Shown here: piece after piece, positions 8,965 to 19,771 of the stretch
How positions within the stretch are numbered: the first letter of the stretch is position 1
How the letters are laid out: every line of letters starts with the position of its first letter
Origin: a virus
Reading direction: 5' to 3' (one strand)
DNA length: 64,000 nucleotides
Virus record (IMG/VR): IMGVR_UViG_3300033153_010326
Span: 1-64,000 of that record
The notes under the pieces: model-generated
Told to the model about the DNA's origin: nothing
Databases searched by the model: none
The model's input: only the letters and a program-made list of their open reading frames with translations
Made by a program: the position numbers and the translations under genes

Positions 8965-11900
8965 TTATGACCATGCTAGTCCTGTTGCGTGTGCTTTTAA
9001 ATGCTTGTTGTTAAATGTTTGAATTTTATATCGTATATCAGTTCCACTTCCAATACCAGTTTCAGTTAAATCTACTATTCCTGATAATATTTTTTTAGGG
9101 CTTTCAACTGTTCCTTCATTTGTTAAAGTTACTTCAGCCCAGGTTGAGCCATCATCTTTTGAAATATAAGCTTTAATATCTGTACCGATTGTAACTGCAT
9201 CTACATCTTCTTCCCATAAAACTATTCTAGCATTTTCAGGGTCTGTTACAGCAATAAAGGTTTCAGAAATCAAAGTCATATTAGTAATATCTTCAGGATT
9301 ATATAAAGCTGTTATTTCCTCTTGAGTTAGAGCTTTATTATAAATTTTTACCTCGTCTATTTTTCCTTTAAAATAATCTTGAATACCAAATCCTATTAAT
9401 AAATCTTCTGCATTATCTAAATCATAATCTGCTATTGTAAAAGTATCCGATTCTGCTACTAAAACTGCATTTACATATAATTTTAAAGTTTTACTTGTAT
9501 TATTTTTTACAGCAACTATGTGTTGTTTTCCACTATTTAATTCATAATCATAAGTAGCTACTTTACCTGTTTTCCACTCATATAAACTACCATTTAAAGC
9601 AGTTCCTTCATAAAATTTTCCATCATATACTACAGAAGACCACATGCGACTTCCATTTCCTAACTTCCCTGCTACTTCTACCCAAGCATCAGTTCCATTC
9701 CATTCATAAAGTTTACCATTATTAGCAGTTCCTCCATATAATTTTCCATTATATACAGTTAAAGAATAAATTCGACTTTCTGCTCCTAATTGAGGAGCTA
9801 CTTCTACCCAAGCACTTGTACCGTTCCACTCATAAAGTTTACCAAATAAACCAGTTCCTCCATATAATTTTCCATTATATACTGCTAAAGAATAAATATA
9901 AGCTTCTGTTCCTAACTTCCCTGCTACTTCTACCCAAGCATCAGTTCCATTCCATTCATAAAGTTTACCATTTACGTTAGTTCCTCCATAAAGTTTTCCA
10001 TTATATACTGCTAAAGAATAAATATAAGTTTCATCTCCTAATTGAGGAGCTACTTCTACCCAAGCATCAGTTCCATTCCATTCATATAAACTACCAGTTA
10101 CATTAGTTCCTCCATATAATTTTCCATTATATACAGTTAAAGGATAAATACGAGTCACTGCTCCTAATTGAGGAGCTACTTCTACCCAAGCATCAGTTCC
10201 ATTCCATTCATAAAGTTTACCATGTTCTCCAGTACTTCCATAAAGTTTTCCATTATATACTGCTAAAGAAAAAATATAAATTTCATCTCCTAACTTCCCT
10301 GCTACTTCTACCCAAGCACTTGTACCGTTCCACTCATAAAGTTTACCATTAGGATAAGTACCACCATATAATTTCCCATTATATATAGTTAAAGAATAAA
10401 TATAACTTTCATCTCCTAACTTCCCTGCTTTTGCTGTCCAAGTATTATCAGAATGATTATTATCCATTCCAAAAGAAAGTTGTCTCTGATTATAAGTATT
10501 ATTTTTTATATTTAAATTAAACCCTACTTTATTTGCTTTATCAAATTTATTTATTATATCTCCTATCACATCTGTTAAATCAGTATCAGTATCAATCCAA
10601 CATGATATACTAAATTCTCCAGTACCAAAATCTAATTCTGCATCATCAGATACTGAAATATAATCATCTAAACCATTAAAATCCAAAGCTAAACCATCAT
10701 GTCCTTCAGTACTTAAATCTTCTGTATTATCTCCTCCGTTTAAAGTTCCATTATGAGCACCTATTTCATCTATAACTGTTGTAGTAGCTAAATTATCATC
10801 CATTTTGTAATAAGCTATTAAATCACTATCATAAGAATAAGCATATATATTATCTAAATAAATAATATTTTCTTCATCTGCATTAAGAATATATAAATCT
10901 ATCCAATCAATATCATCTAAATTTATACCTGTTTCCTCACAAATATCCCAATTTATTGTTTTCCAAGTATCTACTTCTCCTGTATCTATTGTTACATCTT
11001 TAGTAATTGTAGTACCTCCAGTATCATGTATTCTTAATCTAAAATTAGTTCCTATTCTACTTGCTCTTATGTCAAATTTTATAGTATTATATGGTGATAA
11101 GTCTTTATTATTTCCTGTTCCAAAAGTTAATCTTACATAATCATTTAAAGATTCTGTTTGGTCAGCTACTATTTTAAGAGAATAACTACCTTGTTCTTTA
11201 ATCGTATCTTCTGAATAAACTTTTAAATTATAAGAAAGAATTTCCATCATTTCCATTTCTGCAATAGCTACCCAACTTGTACCACCATTTCTATCAGTTA
11301 TATGTATTCTATAATATCTATAAGCTGTAGAATTAGAAAAAATATAATCTGAAAACCAAGTATTTGTACCAGGGTCAGCTTCATCTGTTTGAATGTCCAA
11401 TGTATCCCAATCACTATCATTATTACTTCCTTGAAATGTCCAATCTCTCGGAGATTGTATTCCTGCTCCATCTCCTCTTGTTAAAAGTCGGTATTTAACA
11501 ATAATTTTTTCATTACTACTACCAAAATCATATTTTAACCATTGTGGACTGCCTCCTGTAGGAGCACTACTAGAAATCCAACACTCATCTCCACCTATAT
11601 CATCAAAAGCTTTAGAAGCAGGATAATTACCATCATATTCACTACTTGCAGTAGGAGTTCCTCCTATACATTGGTCAACAGTATAACCTCCACCACCAGG
11701 GTCTGAAGTTTCCCAAGCAGTTTGAGCATCATTATCATTGGTATATTCACAATAATCTATCTCTAAAATTTCCAATAAATCTGGTTCATAAAAATCACCA
11801 TCTGCATCATAAATTTGTCCACTACTTTCTACAGTATCTATTCCACTTTCATCATTATAAACATCTCTTACTCCATCTATCATATCATGTTCTGTCAATG

Positions 11901-14481
11901 AACCATTAATTGATATTAAAAAAGCATTAAGAAATATATTTTGTTCAATTCGGTCGGCAATTTTTAATTTTGAATTTTCATATTTTATAGTAAAATCATC
12001 TACATCATCTTCACTTATTCCTCCAAAATCTTCATCACTAAATCCACTATCTTGAGGTAATCCGTTAGCATCAAAACTTATAAAATTATCTTCAACTGCT
12101 CCATCTACTCCATTGTGGTCATTAGTATCATCTATGTCATGAAGTCTATCGTGTAATTGACTAAGACTAGGAGTATCAGTTAAATCATCATAAGAAACAA
12201 AACCAGCTATCCATTTTTCTATTCCAGTACTTGCGTCATAAATAAGAGAATGCCTATCTATTGGAGTACCAGATTCAAAATCTACATCATTTAATTCTTC
12301 TATATTTTTACTTGCAAAATCAGTATCAAAATCTAAACTACTATAATGATTCTGACCATCAATATAAGTTTTAATAGCTTTTTCTGTAGGAACAGCTAAA
12401 TCGCTATTTCCTCCCAAAGTACCATCATCAGAAAATTCATTAATTGCTACTCCGCTAGGAAGAGTTATTTTTCCATCACTTCCTAAAATAACATTATCCA
12501 ACCATTGATTTAATTCTGTATATTCTGCTGAAGTAAGATGATAATATTCATCAGCAGTTCCACCTTGTTTACCTGTTAAACTATTATGGTCTGATGTACT
12601 AATTTCTACTCTTGATATGACCTCACTTCGCCAATCTATATAATCATCACCTTCTTCAGTAGAAACTATTCTAGCTTTCATTACATTACTATAATTATCT
12701 CTAGTTTGGAATATTACAGTAGCTATAGGTCTTATTTCAGGAAATAATATATCATTTAAAACAAGTTCATGAATTTCTGTTAAAGCTCCTGTTTGAGCTT
12801 TATTCTTAGTATTATAAGAAGCTTGTCCTAAAATAGCTATCATCGAAGTATCTTTTTCAGTCGTAGCAAATATATGACAAAGAACAAATTGAAGATTATT
12901 AACTTCCGTTAATTGCCAAGCTCCTCCAGTATATTCATTATAAGCTAATCTATCTTCTCCAGTTGTTCCTGTTTTTATCACACTATATCCAGCATTAATT
13001 TCTTTATGCCAATTAGGAGTAGCTCCTGTCATATAATAAATAGGAAGACCTGTAGTTGAAATAATTTCAGAAATATCTAATGCTAAGTCTTCGTCTGTTA
13101 TTTTACCAATATCTATACCAAATTGAGAATGAGCATTATCGCTACCATTTTGGTCTGTATCTATAGTATTTAATCCTAATCCAGATAAATATTTTAATCC
13201 TTCTGTAAAATGAAGATAAGAGTGAGTTTCTGGACTCATGCCCTTACCATGTCTTTCTTCTCCTATATATATAGCTTCAGAATCTTCAGCACTCCAATAA
13301 ATTATACTAACTAAAGCTTTTGTTTTTATTATAGAAATTATTTGTGTATTTGTAGGATTAGCTATTGAAGTAAGAGTATCCCCATCATAATAAATTATAT
13401 GAATCCCTTCTACATCTGTTATTTGTTTAGTATCTCCTGCTGATGTATATTTTATTCCTTCTATCCAATAATCAAATCCTGCTGTTACTGTAGGTTGAAT
13501 AGATAATGTCCTATCAGGACTAGTATCTGTCCAAATTAATTCACTATCTGTTCTATTTTCAAACCCATTTTGTTTCCATTCTTCTCTTAAAGTATAATCT
13601 AATAATCCTTCATCAACATAAGTCTTAACAGCTTTTTCTGTAGGAAGAGCATCGTCAGAATTCCCTCCTAAAGTACCATCAATTGATAATTCATTTACAG
13701 TTGTTCCTGAAGCTAATTCCAATACATCTGTTATTTTTATTTTACCATTGATTACTATTAAATTATTATCAAATTCTCCATATATTAAAGGAGTAGCAGA
13801 ATCTGAATTTTCTATATATAATTTATTACTACCTAATTCATTATATCCTGCCTTATAACCTATAAATACATCCAATTCTCCATCTACATTATTAAATCCT
13901 GCATAATCTCCTAAAAAAAGACTTGAACTGGCTTTATGTTTGAACCCTGCATAAGTACCTAAATATAGGTTTGAAGCATTTGTAATTTGGCTATATCCTG
14001 CTCTCCAACCTATAGATACAATATTAGCTCCATCTTCTACACTATATCCTGATTCTTTTCCCAATAAAATACAATTATTTGCTGTTGTTATACTAGCTCC
14101 AGCATCTGTTCCTATTCTTATAGTTTCATTATTTAAAAAAGATATTGGAAAATTTTCTGCTTTCCATTTTGAAACTCCAGAATCATATCTTAAAATATCA
14201 TCATCAGAAGGGTCTCCAGTATCGAAATCTACATCATTTAATTCGGATAAAGTATCAACAAATGCTACTTGAGTATCTACATAGGTCTTAACTGCTTTTT
14301 CAGTAGGAATATTTAAATCTGAATTTCCTGCTAAAGTACCATCTACAGAACGAAGCCAATTAGCCTTCCATTTACCTTCGTCTGAATCATAATGAAATAA
14401 AGAATCATCAACAGGAGTTCCAGTATCAAAAGTAATATCCTTTAATTCTGATAAGTAACGTATAATTTTTCGTAGAATCAT
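8965..14481 (-). CDS. large fibre/adhesin-like virion protein (discoidin F5/8C, LamG, beta-propeller)
   Basis: 3x DGTL.GNSD...PTEKA.KTY.D; ASSEY..ASKAFD..WLKYDFG..FQGSN..W discoidin motif; LamG motifs; 7x 42-aa repeats. Confidence 0.75.
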   Translation of the reverse strand: MILRKIIRYLSELKDITFDTGTPVDDSLFHYDSDEGKWKANWLRSVDGTLAGNSDLNIPTEKAVKTYVDTQVAFVDTLSELNDVDFDTGDPSDDDILRYDSGVSKWKAENFPISFLNNETIRIGTDAGASITTANNCILLGKESGYSVEDGANIVSIGWRAGYSQITNASNLYLGTYAGFKHKASSSLFLGDYAGFNNVDGELDVFIGYKAGYNELGSNKLYIENSDSATPLIYGEFDNNLIVINGKIKITDVLELASGTTVNELSIDGTLGGNSDDALPTEKAVKTYVDEGLLDYTLREEWKQNGFENRTDSELIWTDTSPDRTLSIQPTVTAGFDYWIEGIKYTSAGDTKQITDVEGIHIIYYDGDTLTSIANPTNTQIISIIKTKALVSIIYWSAEDSEAIYIGEERHGKGMSPETHSYLHFTEGLKYLSGLGLNTIDTDQNGSDNAHSQFGIDIGKITDEDLALDISEIISTTGLPIYYMTGATPNWHKEINAGYSVIKTGTTGEDRLAYNEYTGGAWQLTEVNNLQFVLCHIFATTEKDTSMIAILGQASYNTKNKAQTGALTEIHELVLNDILFPEIRPIATVIFQTRDNYSNVMKARIVSTEEGDDYIDWRSEVISRVEISTSDHNSLTGKQGGTADEYYHLTSAEYTELNQWLDNVILGSDGKITLPSGVAINEFSDDGTLGGNSDLAVPTEKAIKTYIDGQNHYSSLDFDTDFASKNIEELNDVDFESGTPIDRHSLIYDASTGIEKWIAGFVSYDDLTDTPSLSQLHDRLHDIDDTNDHNGVDGAVEDNFISFDANGLPQDSGFSDEDFGGISEDDVDDFTIKYENSKLKIADRIEQNIFLNAFLISINGSLTEHDMIDGVRDVYNDESGIDTVESSGQIYDADGDFYEPDLLEILEIDYCEYTNDNDAQTAWETSDPGGGGYTVDQCIGGTPTASSEYDGNYPASKAFDDIGGDECWISSSAPTGGSPQWLKYDFGSSNEKIIVKYRLLTRGDGAGIQSPRDWTFQGSNNDSDWDTLDIQTDEADPGTNTWFSDYIFSNSTAYRYYRIHITDRNGGTSWVAIAEMEMMEILSYNLKVYSEDTIKEQGSYSLKIVADQTESLNDYVRLTFGTGNNKDLSPYNTIKFDIRASRIGTNFRLRIHDTGGTTITKDVTIDTGEVDTWKTINWDICEETGINLDDIDWIDLYILNADEENIIYLDNIYAYSYDSDLIAYYKMDDNLATTTVIDEIGAHNGTLNGGDNTEDLSTEGHDGLALDFNGLDDYISVSDDAELDFGTGEFSISCWIDTDTDLTDVIGDIINKFDKANKVGFNLNIKNNTYNQRQLSFGMDNNHSDNTWTAKAGKLGDESYIYSLTIYNGKLYGGTYPNGKLYEWNGTSAWVEVAGKLGDEIYIFSLAVYNGKLYGSTGEHGKLYEWNGTDAWVEVAPQLGAVTRIYPLTVYNGKLYGGTNVTGSLYEWNGTDAWVEVAPQLGDETYIYSLAVYNGKLYGGTNVNGKLYEWNGTDAWVEVAGKLGTEAYIYSLAVYNGKLYGGTGLFGKLYEWNGTSAWVEVAPQLGAESRIYSLTVYNGKLYGGTANNGKLYEWNGTDAWVEVAGKLGNGSRMWSSVVYDGKFYEGTALNGSLYEWKTGKVATYDYELNSGKQHIVAVKNNTSKTLKLYVNAVLVAESDTFTIADYDLDNAEDLLIGFGIQDYFKGKIDEVKIYNKALTQEEITALYNPEDITNMTLISETFIAVTDPENARIVLWEEDVDAVTIGTDIKAYISKDDGSTWAEVTLTNEGTVESPKKILSGIVDLTETGIGSGTDIRYKIQTFNNKHLKAHATGLAWS
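9570..10440 (-). repeat. seven ~126-bp tandem coding repeats (beta-propeller blades)
   Basis: Near-identical units encoding YNGKLYGGT...GKLYEWNGTDAWVEVA. Confidence 0.9.
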
Positions 14482-14483
14482 AA

Positions 14484-14789
14484 TTAACCGTATATTTCCT
14501 TTGCGGTTATATTAATTTTAGTTTTAAGTCCTTCTCGTAAAGTTACTGAGCAATCCCATCTTATTACTATTTCTTCTTCTGTTTGGGGATATAATTCCAT
14601 AGGTGCTTCGACCACAAAAACTTCATTATGGTCTATGTCTATAACTATTTCCTTAATAAATGCCAAACTATCGTTTTTTAGATAGAAGGTAAACTTTCGA
14701 GATTCTCCAGCAGGTACTATACCAAGGTCAAGAATTTCTATCTCTTTTGTTAATTCTTTATCTTCATATAATTTCAGGACTGATTCCAT
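14484..14789 (-). CDS. small Ig-like beta-sandwich protein
   Basis: LDLGIVPAGESRKFTFYLKN pattern. Confidence 0.45.
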   Translation of the reverse strand: MESVLKLYEDKELTKEIEILDLGIVPAGESRKFTFYLKNDSLAFIKEIVIDIDHNEVFVVEAPMELYPQTEEEIVIRWDCSVTLREGLKTKINITAKEIYG

Positions 14790-14804
14790 TTATTTATACC
14801 TCTC

Positions 14805-16616
14805 TTATTCGGTATCTTTGGGAGGGTTAAGTAATTTCTTTAGTAATTGTTCTTTCATTTTTGCAATATTTAAATTTTTTTCTTCTAAAACTTCTTTCAT
14901 CATTTTATTTCCAGCTTCATCCATAACATCTTCTTCAAATCCTTCCATTACTTCTTCAATCATAGATTTGCTAATTTTTATTCTAGCGGAGACCTTAACC
15001 CAACGACCTTCTTTATTTTTACGAGCTATTTTAGAAATTAAAGCCCAAGCTATTTTACTAGCTTGCTTATCATTTCCGTAAGTTTTATATGCTTGATTGA
15101 ACACCTTCATCCAAGTTCGAGCCAAACTCTTCGTCATATTATCTTTAACTCTTTTAGGCAAGTCTTTTATATTTTGATAAGGAGCTATTTCTAAATCCTC
15201 TATATTTTTAGATAAATCATAATCTTTTTTCTCATTTCCTTTTTTATCATCTGGAATAGGTACTCCTCTTTTATCAGTTTCTCCTTCTTTGCCTGGAATA
15301 TCAACTCCCATTCCTTCTCTATTTTCAGTTATTCTAGGATACATCTTTTCTTCTATACCTTCTTCAGTCTCTTTTTCTGTTCTCATAACTTCTGTCCTAA
15401 AATCAACTTCAGCAATAACTTCTACTGCTGTTTGGTTAGATATTTTTCCACCCTTCCAAAGAAGCCTTACAAGCTGTTTAAATTTATCAGTCATGAATCC
15501 TCGAACTGGAGATGCAGTAACATAAAATTCTAAATTCATCCATTTCTTATTACTTTTATTTTTCTCAATAATTTTTAAAACTAAATGATAAAGGATTTGT
15601 TTAAAATCATCAACTCCAGTTTTTACTTCCTCTATAAAAGCTTTAGGATTTAATATACTTTCTCTACGAGAACTAGAAGTTCCTTCAACAACATCTATAA
15701 AACCCAATCCTGTAAGTATGTTTCTTTCAGCAGTTTCAAATAAAGCAGGTTCAAATATATTTTTTATATCTGGAATTATATGGTCTATTTGTTCATCAAA
15801 ATTGGTAGTTCTTACTGGAGCTTTTATTCTATGGTCTCCCATATTACTAGATTTAATATCGTCCATTAATTTTTGAAATTTCTTTTTAACCTCTATTAAT
15901 TCCTCATCTTTATATATTTTTGTACTATTAATTGCAAGAGCTTCTGTTCCTTTTTTTATCAATAACATATAAGGTATAACTTGTTCTAAAACTTCAATTT
16001 CTTTATTTTTGAGAGATTGTATAATTTTCCAATTATGAAATACTCCTCTTTTAATAAGAAAAGGAGTTGGATATTTATCAAACCATCTTCCATAAGGTCT
16101 TGCAAAAATTACATCCTTTCCTAATAATTGATATTGTTTCTTTTCTGTATTGCCTATATAATAATCATAATTAAGCAAACTTATAGCATCCTCGTCTTTT
16201 TTCTTATCTTTAGCATATATACTCCCACCATCCACAAAAAACATACTAGTAGGTAGTTGTAATCCATCAAATCTATCCCATTTCATTTTTAAAACAGGAA
16301 AAGAACCTCCCTTCCATCTTTCTTTAAAATATTCTTTAGCTAAATTTTTTATACCTATAGGAATTTGCCCATCGTATTCAGTATTAACACTATCAAGCCA
16401 TTTTTGAAATATTTTATTTAAATTATCATTAGGAGTTACTATATTATAATCCACAGTTGCCGAATTAACAGCAAAATCTGTTAAAGAATCTATCAATCCT
16501 GAAACATCATCTTTTAACATAGTATTTATTTCTTGAACTTGATTATGAAAATCAGAAGGCACTGTGATACGTTTCATTAAAAATGAGAGTATATAATTTA
16601 TATAATTAGAATCCAT
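14805..16616 (-). CDS. portal protein with C-terminal ChaB-like domain
   Basis: Directly follows the terminase; 603 aa; PY..IKDLP..VK.....W..VFN.AY...A.KIAWA ChaB motif. Confidence 0.75.
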   Translation of the reverse strand: MDSNYINYILSFLMKRITVPSDFHNQVQEINTMLKDDVSGLIDSLTDFAVNSATVDYNIVTPNDNLNKIFQKWLDSVNTEYDGQIPIGIKNLAKEYFKERWKGGSFPVLKMKWDRFDGLQLPTSMFFVDGGSIYAKDKKKDEDAISLLNYDYYIGNTEKKQYQLLGKDVIFARPYGRWFDKYPTPFLIKRGVFHNWKIIQSLKNKEIEVLEQVIPYMLLIKKGTEALAINSTKIYKDEELIEVKKKFQKLMDDIKSSNMGDHRIKAPVRTTNFDEQIDHIIPDIKNIFEPALFETAERNILTGLGFIDVVEGTSSSRRESILNPKAFIEEVKTGVDDFKQILYHLVLKIIEKNKSNKKWMNLEFYVTASPVRGFMTDKFKQLVRLLWKGGKISNQTAVEVIAEVDFRTEVMRTEKETEEGIEEKMYPRITENREGMGVDIPGKEGETDKRGVPIPDDKKGNEKKDYDLSKNIEDLEIAPYQNIKDLPKRVKDNMTKSLARTWMKVFNQAYKTYGNDKQASKIAWALISKIARKNKEGRWVKVSARIKISKSMIEEVMEGFEEDVMDEAGNKMMKEVLEEKNLNIAKMKEQLLKKLLNPPKDTE

Positions 16617-16648
16617 AATTTCTCCTATTTATTTTTTCCATACTTGGT

Positions 16649-18277
16649 TTAATCAAAACTAGTACCGCTTCCCATTTCACTTCCATTTATAGATTTTATA
16701 TCATTAAAATTTCTAAGTTTCCATAATACAATACTAAAAACTCTAAAAGCATCAAATAAATGGTCTCCTATACTACTAGGACATAAGAATTTTTTTCTTT
16801 GACCAGTTATAGTAGATATTACAGCATTAAGCATTTTATCAAATCTATAATCCATCGGTAACTTAAATTTTTGATTATAAAGTAAATGTTTCAATCTTAC
16901 AACTGACCATTCAGACATAAACTCTTCTTTATAAATTGGCTTACCATCTTTAATAATCTCTTTACCCTTCTTATCTTTTTGAAATCCTACTTTAACTTTA
17001 CTATTTCCAGCATATCTAATAACATGTTCAATACCATAAAGGTCTTCTAATTTATCGGATAAACTCCTACCAAAAGCTTCTCCACATTCTATACCTATAA
17101 TATTTGCTTTAGTATTTTCAATTATATATTGAAAAATTGCTATTTGTTGTTCTAATTTAAGATTATAAAGACTTATATTATATAAATACCTATATGTATC
17201 ATTCACTTCTGAAATAATAATTATATCAGTTCCACCAGCACCATCGCCGACATCAGCACAAACATAAATATTTTCGGAATTTTTAGGACGTTCCACCGTA
17301 ATTATATCTTTAAAATTATTAAATCTTTCTTTTCTAATTTCAAATCTTTTAATTTCTTTATTTTCTAAATAATTTTCTCTTACCAAATCCATATCAAACT
17401 CAACCCTACCAGATTCTATAATCTCTCCTTCAACAAATACTAAATAATCAGTAGAACTTTTACCACCATATTGTTTCTCTTTAGCTTTTCTTTTCTTATC
17501 AGTCCAAGACCACCGATTCACGTATTGGGGTAAATTTAACCGTTTTTTTCTATTCTCTAATTTATAAAAAGCCTCACCTGCGGGCATATGTTTAGTAAAA
17601 TTTGTCATACCAGCAAAACGCTCAATCATTCCAACTTCAGCCGTCGCCTCAATTCGTTTCTTAAAAGACTTCTCACTCTCAAATGAACTTTCCTCCATCC
17701 ATAGCTTCTTAAAATGCTTCTGAAAAAATTGACTTCCTTCATCTTTTCTGGCTTTTATATTCATATTAACACCTGTCAAAACCCAGCCATTTTTAGCTGT
17801 CATTTTATAATTTGGATGAGCACGAATTTGACCAGATAACCATTCTTTTAAAATTGGATGTCTTTTTAAAGCATCTGCTATAGTATCTAATACTCCTCTC
17901 AAATGTATTAAATCAAGAGATGTAAATCCACAAGGATAACCATCGTCGTGTAACATGGAAATAGGAACATCTAATAATTCAGTTACGAGGGTTTTGCCGA
18001 ATAACCTGGCTCCGTAGTTATAAATATCCGCAACATTTTTTCTTAGCTCAAAAGTTTCGGGGTCGGAAAGACTATGGTATTCCTGCATAGCATCGAAATC
18101 ATAAAGTGGCTCTTGTGAGAGCATTGGGATTTGATAATTCCGTATATTACCAAAACGCTCTTCATCAAATTGGGTTAGATTGTCAAAGTTGTTAAAGAGA
18201 CATTCAATAAGAATTTCTGGTGTGTGCCAAGCCTCGCAAAATTCTAACTCTTCCAAATTTAGTTTTTCAAGCAACAC
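16649..18277 (-). CDS. terL: terminase large subunit (start revised to GTG at 18277)
   Basis: GARLFGKT Walker A, LWMEE Walker B, CADVG and DHLFDAFR nuclease motifs; GGAGG before the GTG. Confidence 0.85.
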   Translation of the reverse strand: MLLEKLNLEELEFCEAWHTPEILIECLFNNFDNLTQFDEERFGNIRNYQIPMLSQEPLYDFDAMQEYHSLSDPETFELRKNVADIYNYGARLFGKTLVTELLDVPISMLHDDGYPCGFTSLDLIHLRGVLDTIADALKRHPILKEWLSGQIRAHPNYKMTAKNGWVLTGVNMNIKARKDEGSQFFQKHFKKLWMEESSFESEKSFKKRIEATAEVGMIERFAGMTNFTKHMPAGEAFYKLENRKKRLNLPQYVNRWSWTDKKRKAKEKQYGGKSSTDYLVFVEGEIIESGRVEFDMDLVRENYLENKEIKRFEIRKERFNNFKDIITVERPKNSENIYVCADVGDGAGGTDIIIISEVNDTYRYLYNISLYNLKLEQQIAIFQYIIENTKANIIGIECGEAFGRSLSDKLEDLYGIEHVIRYAGNSKVKVGFQKDKKGKEIIKDGKPIYKEEFMSEWSVVRLKHLLYNQKFKLPMDYRFDKMLNAVISTITGQRKKFLCPSSIGDHLFDAFRVFSIVLWKLRNFNDIKSINGSEMGSGTSFD

Positions 18278-19005
18278 AATTTTTCCTCCATTATATAAGT
18301 AAAATAAGCATACCAATAATCTCTATTTCCATTCGCTCTAAGATTACATCCAGTACAAGCAGTAATCAAATTATATTCTTTACAATTTGTTTTATCATAA
18401 TCAATATGATGAACATCTAAAACTCTTCCATGAACTACAATATGTTCTTCTTCAGTCATACCACAATTTTGACATTCGAAATTATCTCTAGTTCTTATTT
18501 TATATTTAAATCGTTCATTAAATTCTATAGGATACGGAGCATAACCTTGACCATGAATATAATTTCCAGACAATTTCCCAAATTTACCATAATTAGAAGC
18601 ATTTCTTGGGTCTTTATTTCTATTTTTTTGAGAACAACTAGGACATCTACCTTGTCCTTTTAAAGCTGTAGTTAAATGTATTTTATTATTACAGTTTTTT
18701 TCTTTACAATAATATTCTTTTATATATTTTCCATCTTTATAATTATAATTTTTTTCTCCATAATAATGTTTTAAAGTTGGATAATATCCTCTTCGTTTTA
18801 AAGTATCGCTTTGTTTCTTTCTTGATGCTAAAGTACGTTTAAATCCTTTTCTTCTTTGAATATTAAATTTCTTTAAATAAACTAATATAGTCTTTCTATA
18901 AATATTAGTTTCATTTGCTATAATTTGGCAATTCTTTTTTAAACAAGTATAATGTTTAATTAAAAACTTTTTTGTCAAAATTGATTTTATTCTTTTATTT
19001 CTCAT
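18259..19005 (-). CDS. HNH homing endonuclease between terS and terL
   Basis: RDNFECQNCG...VHHIDYDK.N....NLITAC..CN. Confidence 0.85.
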   Translation of the reverse strand: MRNKRIKSILTKKFLIKHYTCLKKNCQIIANETNIYRKTILVYLKKFNIQRRKGFKRTLASRKKQSDTLKRRGYYPTLKHYYGEKNYNYKDGKYIKEYYCKEKNCNNKIHLTTALKGQGRCPSCSQKNRNKDPRNASNYGKFGKLSGNYIHGQGYAPYPIEFNERFKYKIRTRDNFECQNCGMTEEEHIVVHGRVLDVHHIDYDKTNCKEYNLITACTGCNLRANGNRDYWYAYFTYIMEEKLCCLKN

Positions 19006-19008
19006 CTT

Positions 19009-19653
19009 TTACTCCTTAACAATTTTCTTCTTTAACCAATCGACATAATCAGTATGAACATTAAGAATGTCAGCTATCTCTTGTTTTGTAATTTTACCTT
19101 TTTTATATACTTCCCATAACTTTTGATTATATAAGGTTTTATCTCTAAAAAATGGATGTTTCTTAGCATCATAAATATCTGTACGGATATTTAAAATAAT
19201 CATCTTTTCGCAAAATGGACAAGGAAAACTCCTACTCGCTTGTCCCACTTCTTTTTTCCATAGTTCAAACTTCTTTTTTAGTATTTGAATATAAGTGAAA
19301 GGGTCATTCTGCTTCTTATCTTCATACATCCCTAATTTATCTCTTAAAGTCAAAATTCTCTCTAAATTAGTATCAAGAGCGTAAGTCAGAGATTTAGGGG
19401 CTATTTGACCTTTATTTTGATTAGTAGTACCTTTAGGAGATGCTTTTTTAATATCGTCTTCTAAATCTTCAATCTTTTGCTTATATCTAATTTGCAACAT
19501 TTCACGAAACACCAAATCTTCCAAAAGCTCTAAATCCGCTAGGCTCGTAATATGGTATTGGTGTTGATATTGTTCAAATTTCTTCTTACCTTTGTTCTTT
19601 TCAATTCTATTTAAGCCAATTCCTTGAAACTTATAGGATTCTTTGTTAGGCAT
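19009..19653 (-). CDS. putative terminase small subunit
   Basis: First gene of the packaging operon; helical with CPFC and C-terminal HTH (TKQEIADILNV). Confidence 0.55.
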   Translation of the reverse strand: MPNKESYKFQGIGLNRIEKNKGKKKFEQYQHQYHITSLADLELLEDLVFREMLQIRYKQKIEDLEDDIKKASPKGTTNQNKGQIAPKSLTYALDTNLERILTLRDKLGMYEDKKQNDPFTYIQILKKKFELWKKEVGQASRSFPCPFCEKMIILNIRTDIYDAKKHPFFRDKTLYNQKLWEVYKKGKITKQEIADILNVHTDYVDWLKKKIVKE

Positions 19654-19672
19654 ATCTTTCTCCTATGTTAAT

Positions 19673-19701
19673 AAAAAAACCGTTCTTAATTTAAGAACGG
19701 T
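19673..19701 (-). terminator. intrinsic terminator in the leader of the packaging/head operon
   Basis: Minus strand ACCGTTCTTA-AAT-TAAGAACGG followed by T7. Confidence 0.75.
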
Positions 19702-19771
19702 AACTTGTTTATCTATATGTGTTTATATTTTTTTTAAATTATAATTTAATATATAGTTCTCTCTACTATAT

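Noticed and set aside
9570-10440. complete diversity-generating retroelement
   Set aside because: No reverse transcriptase or separate template repeat in the window.
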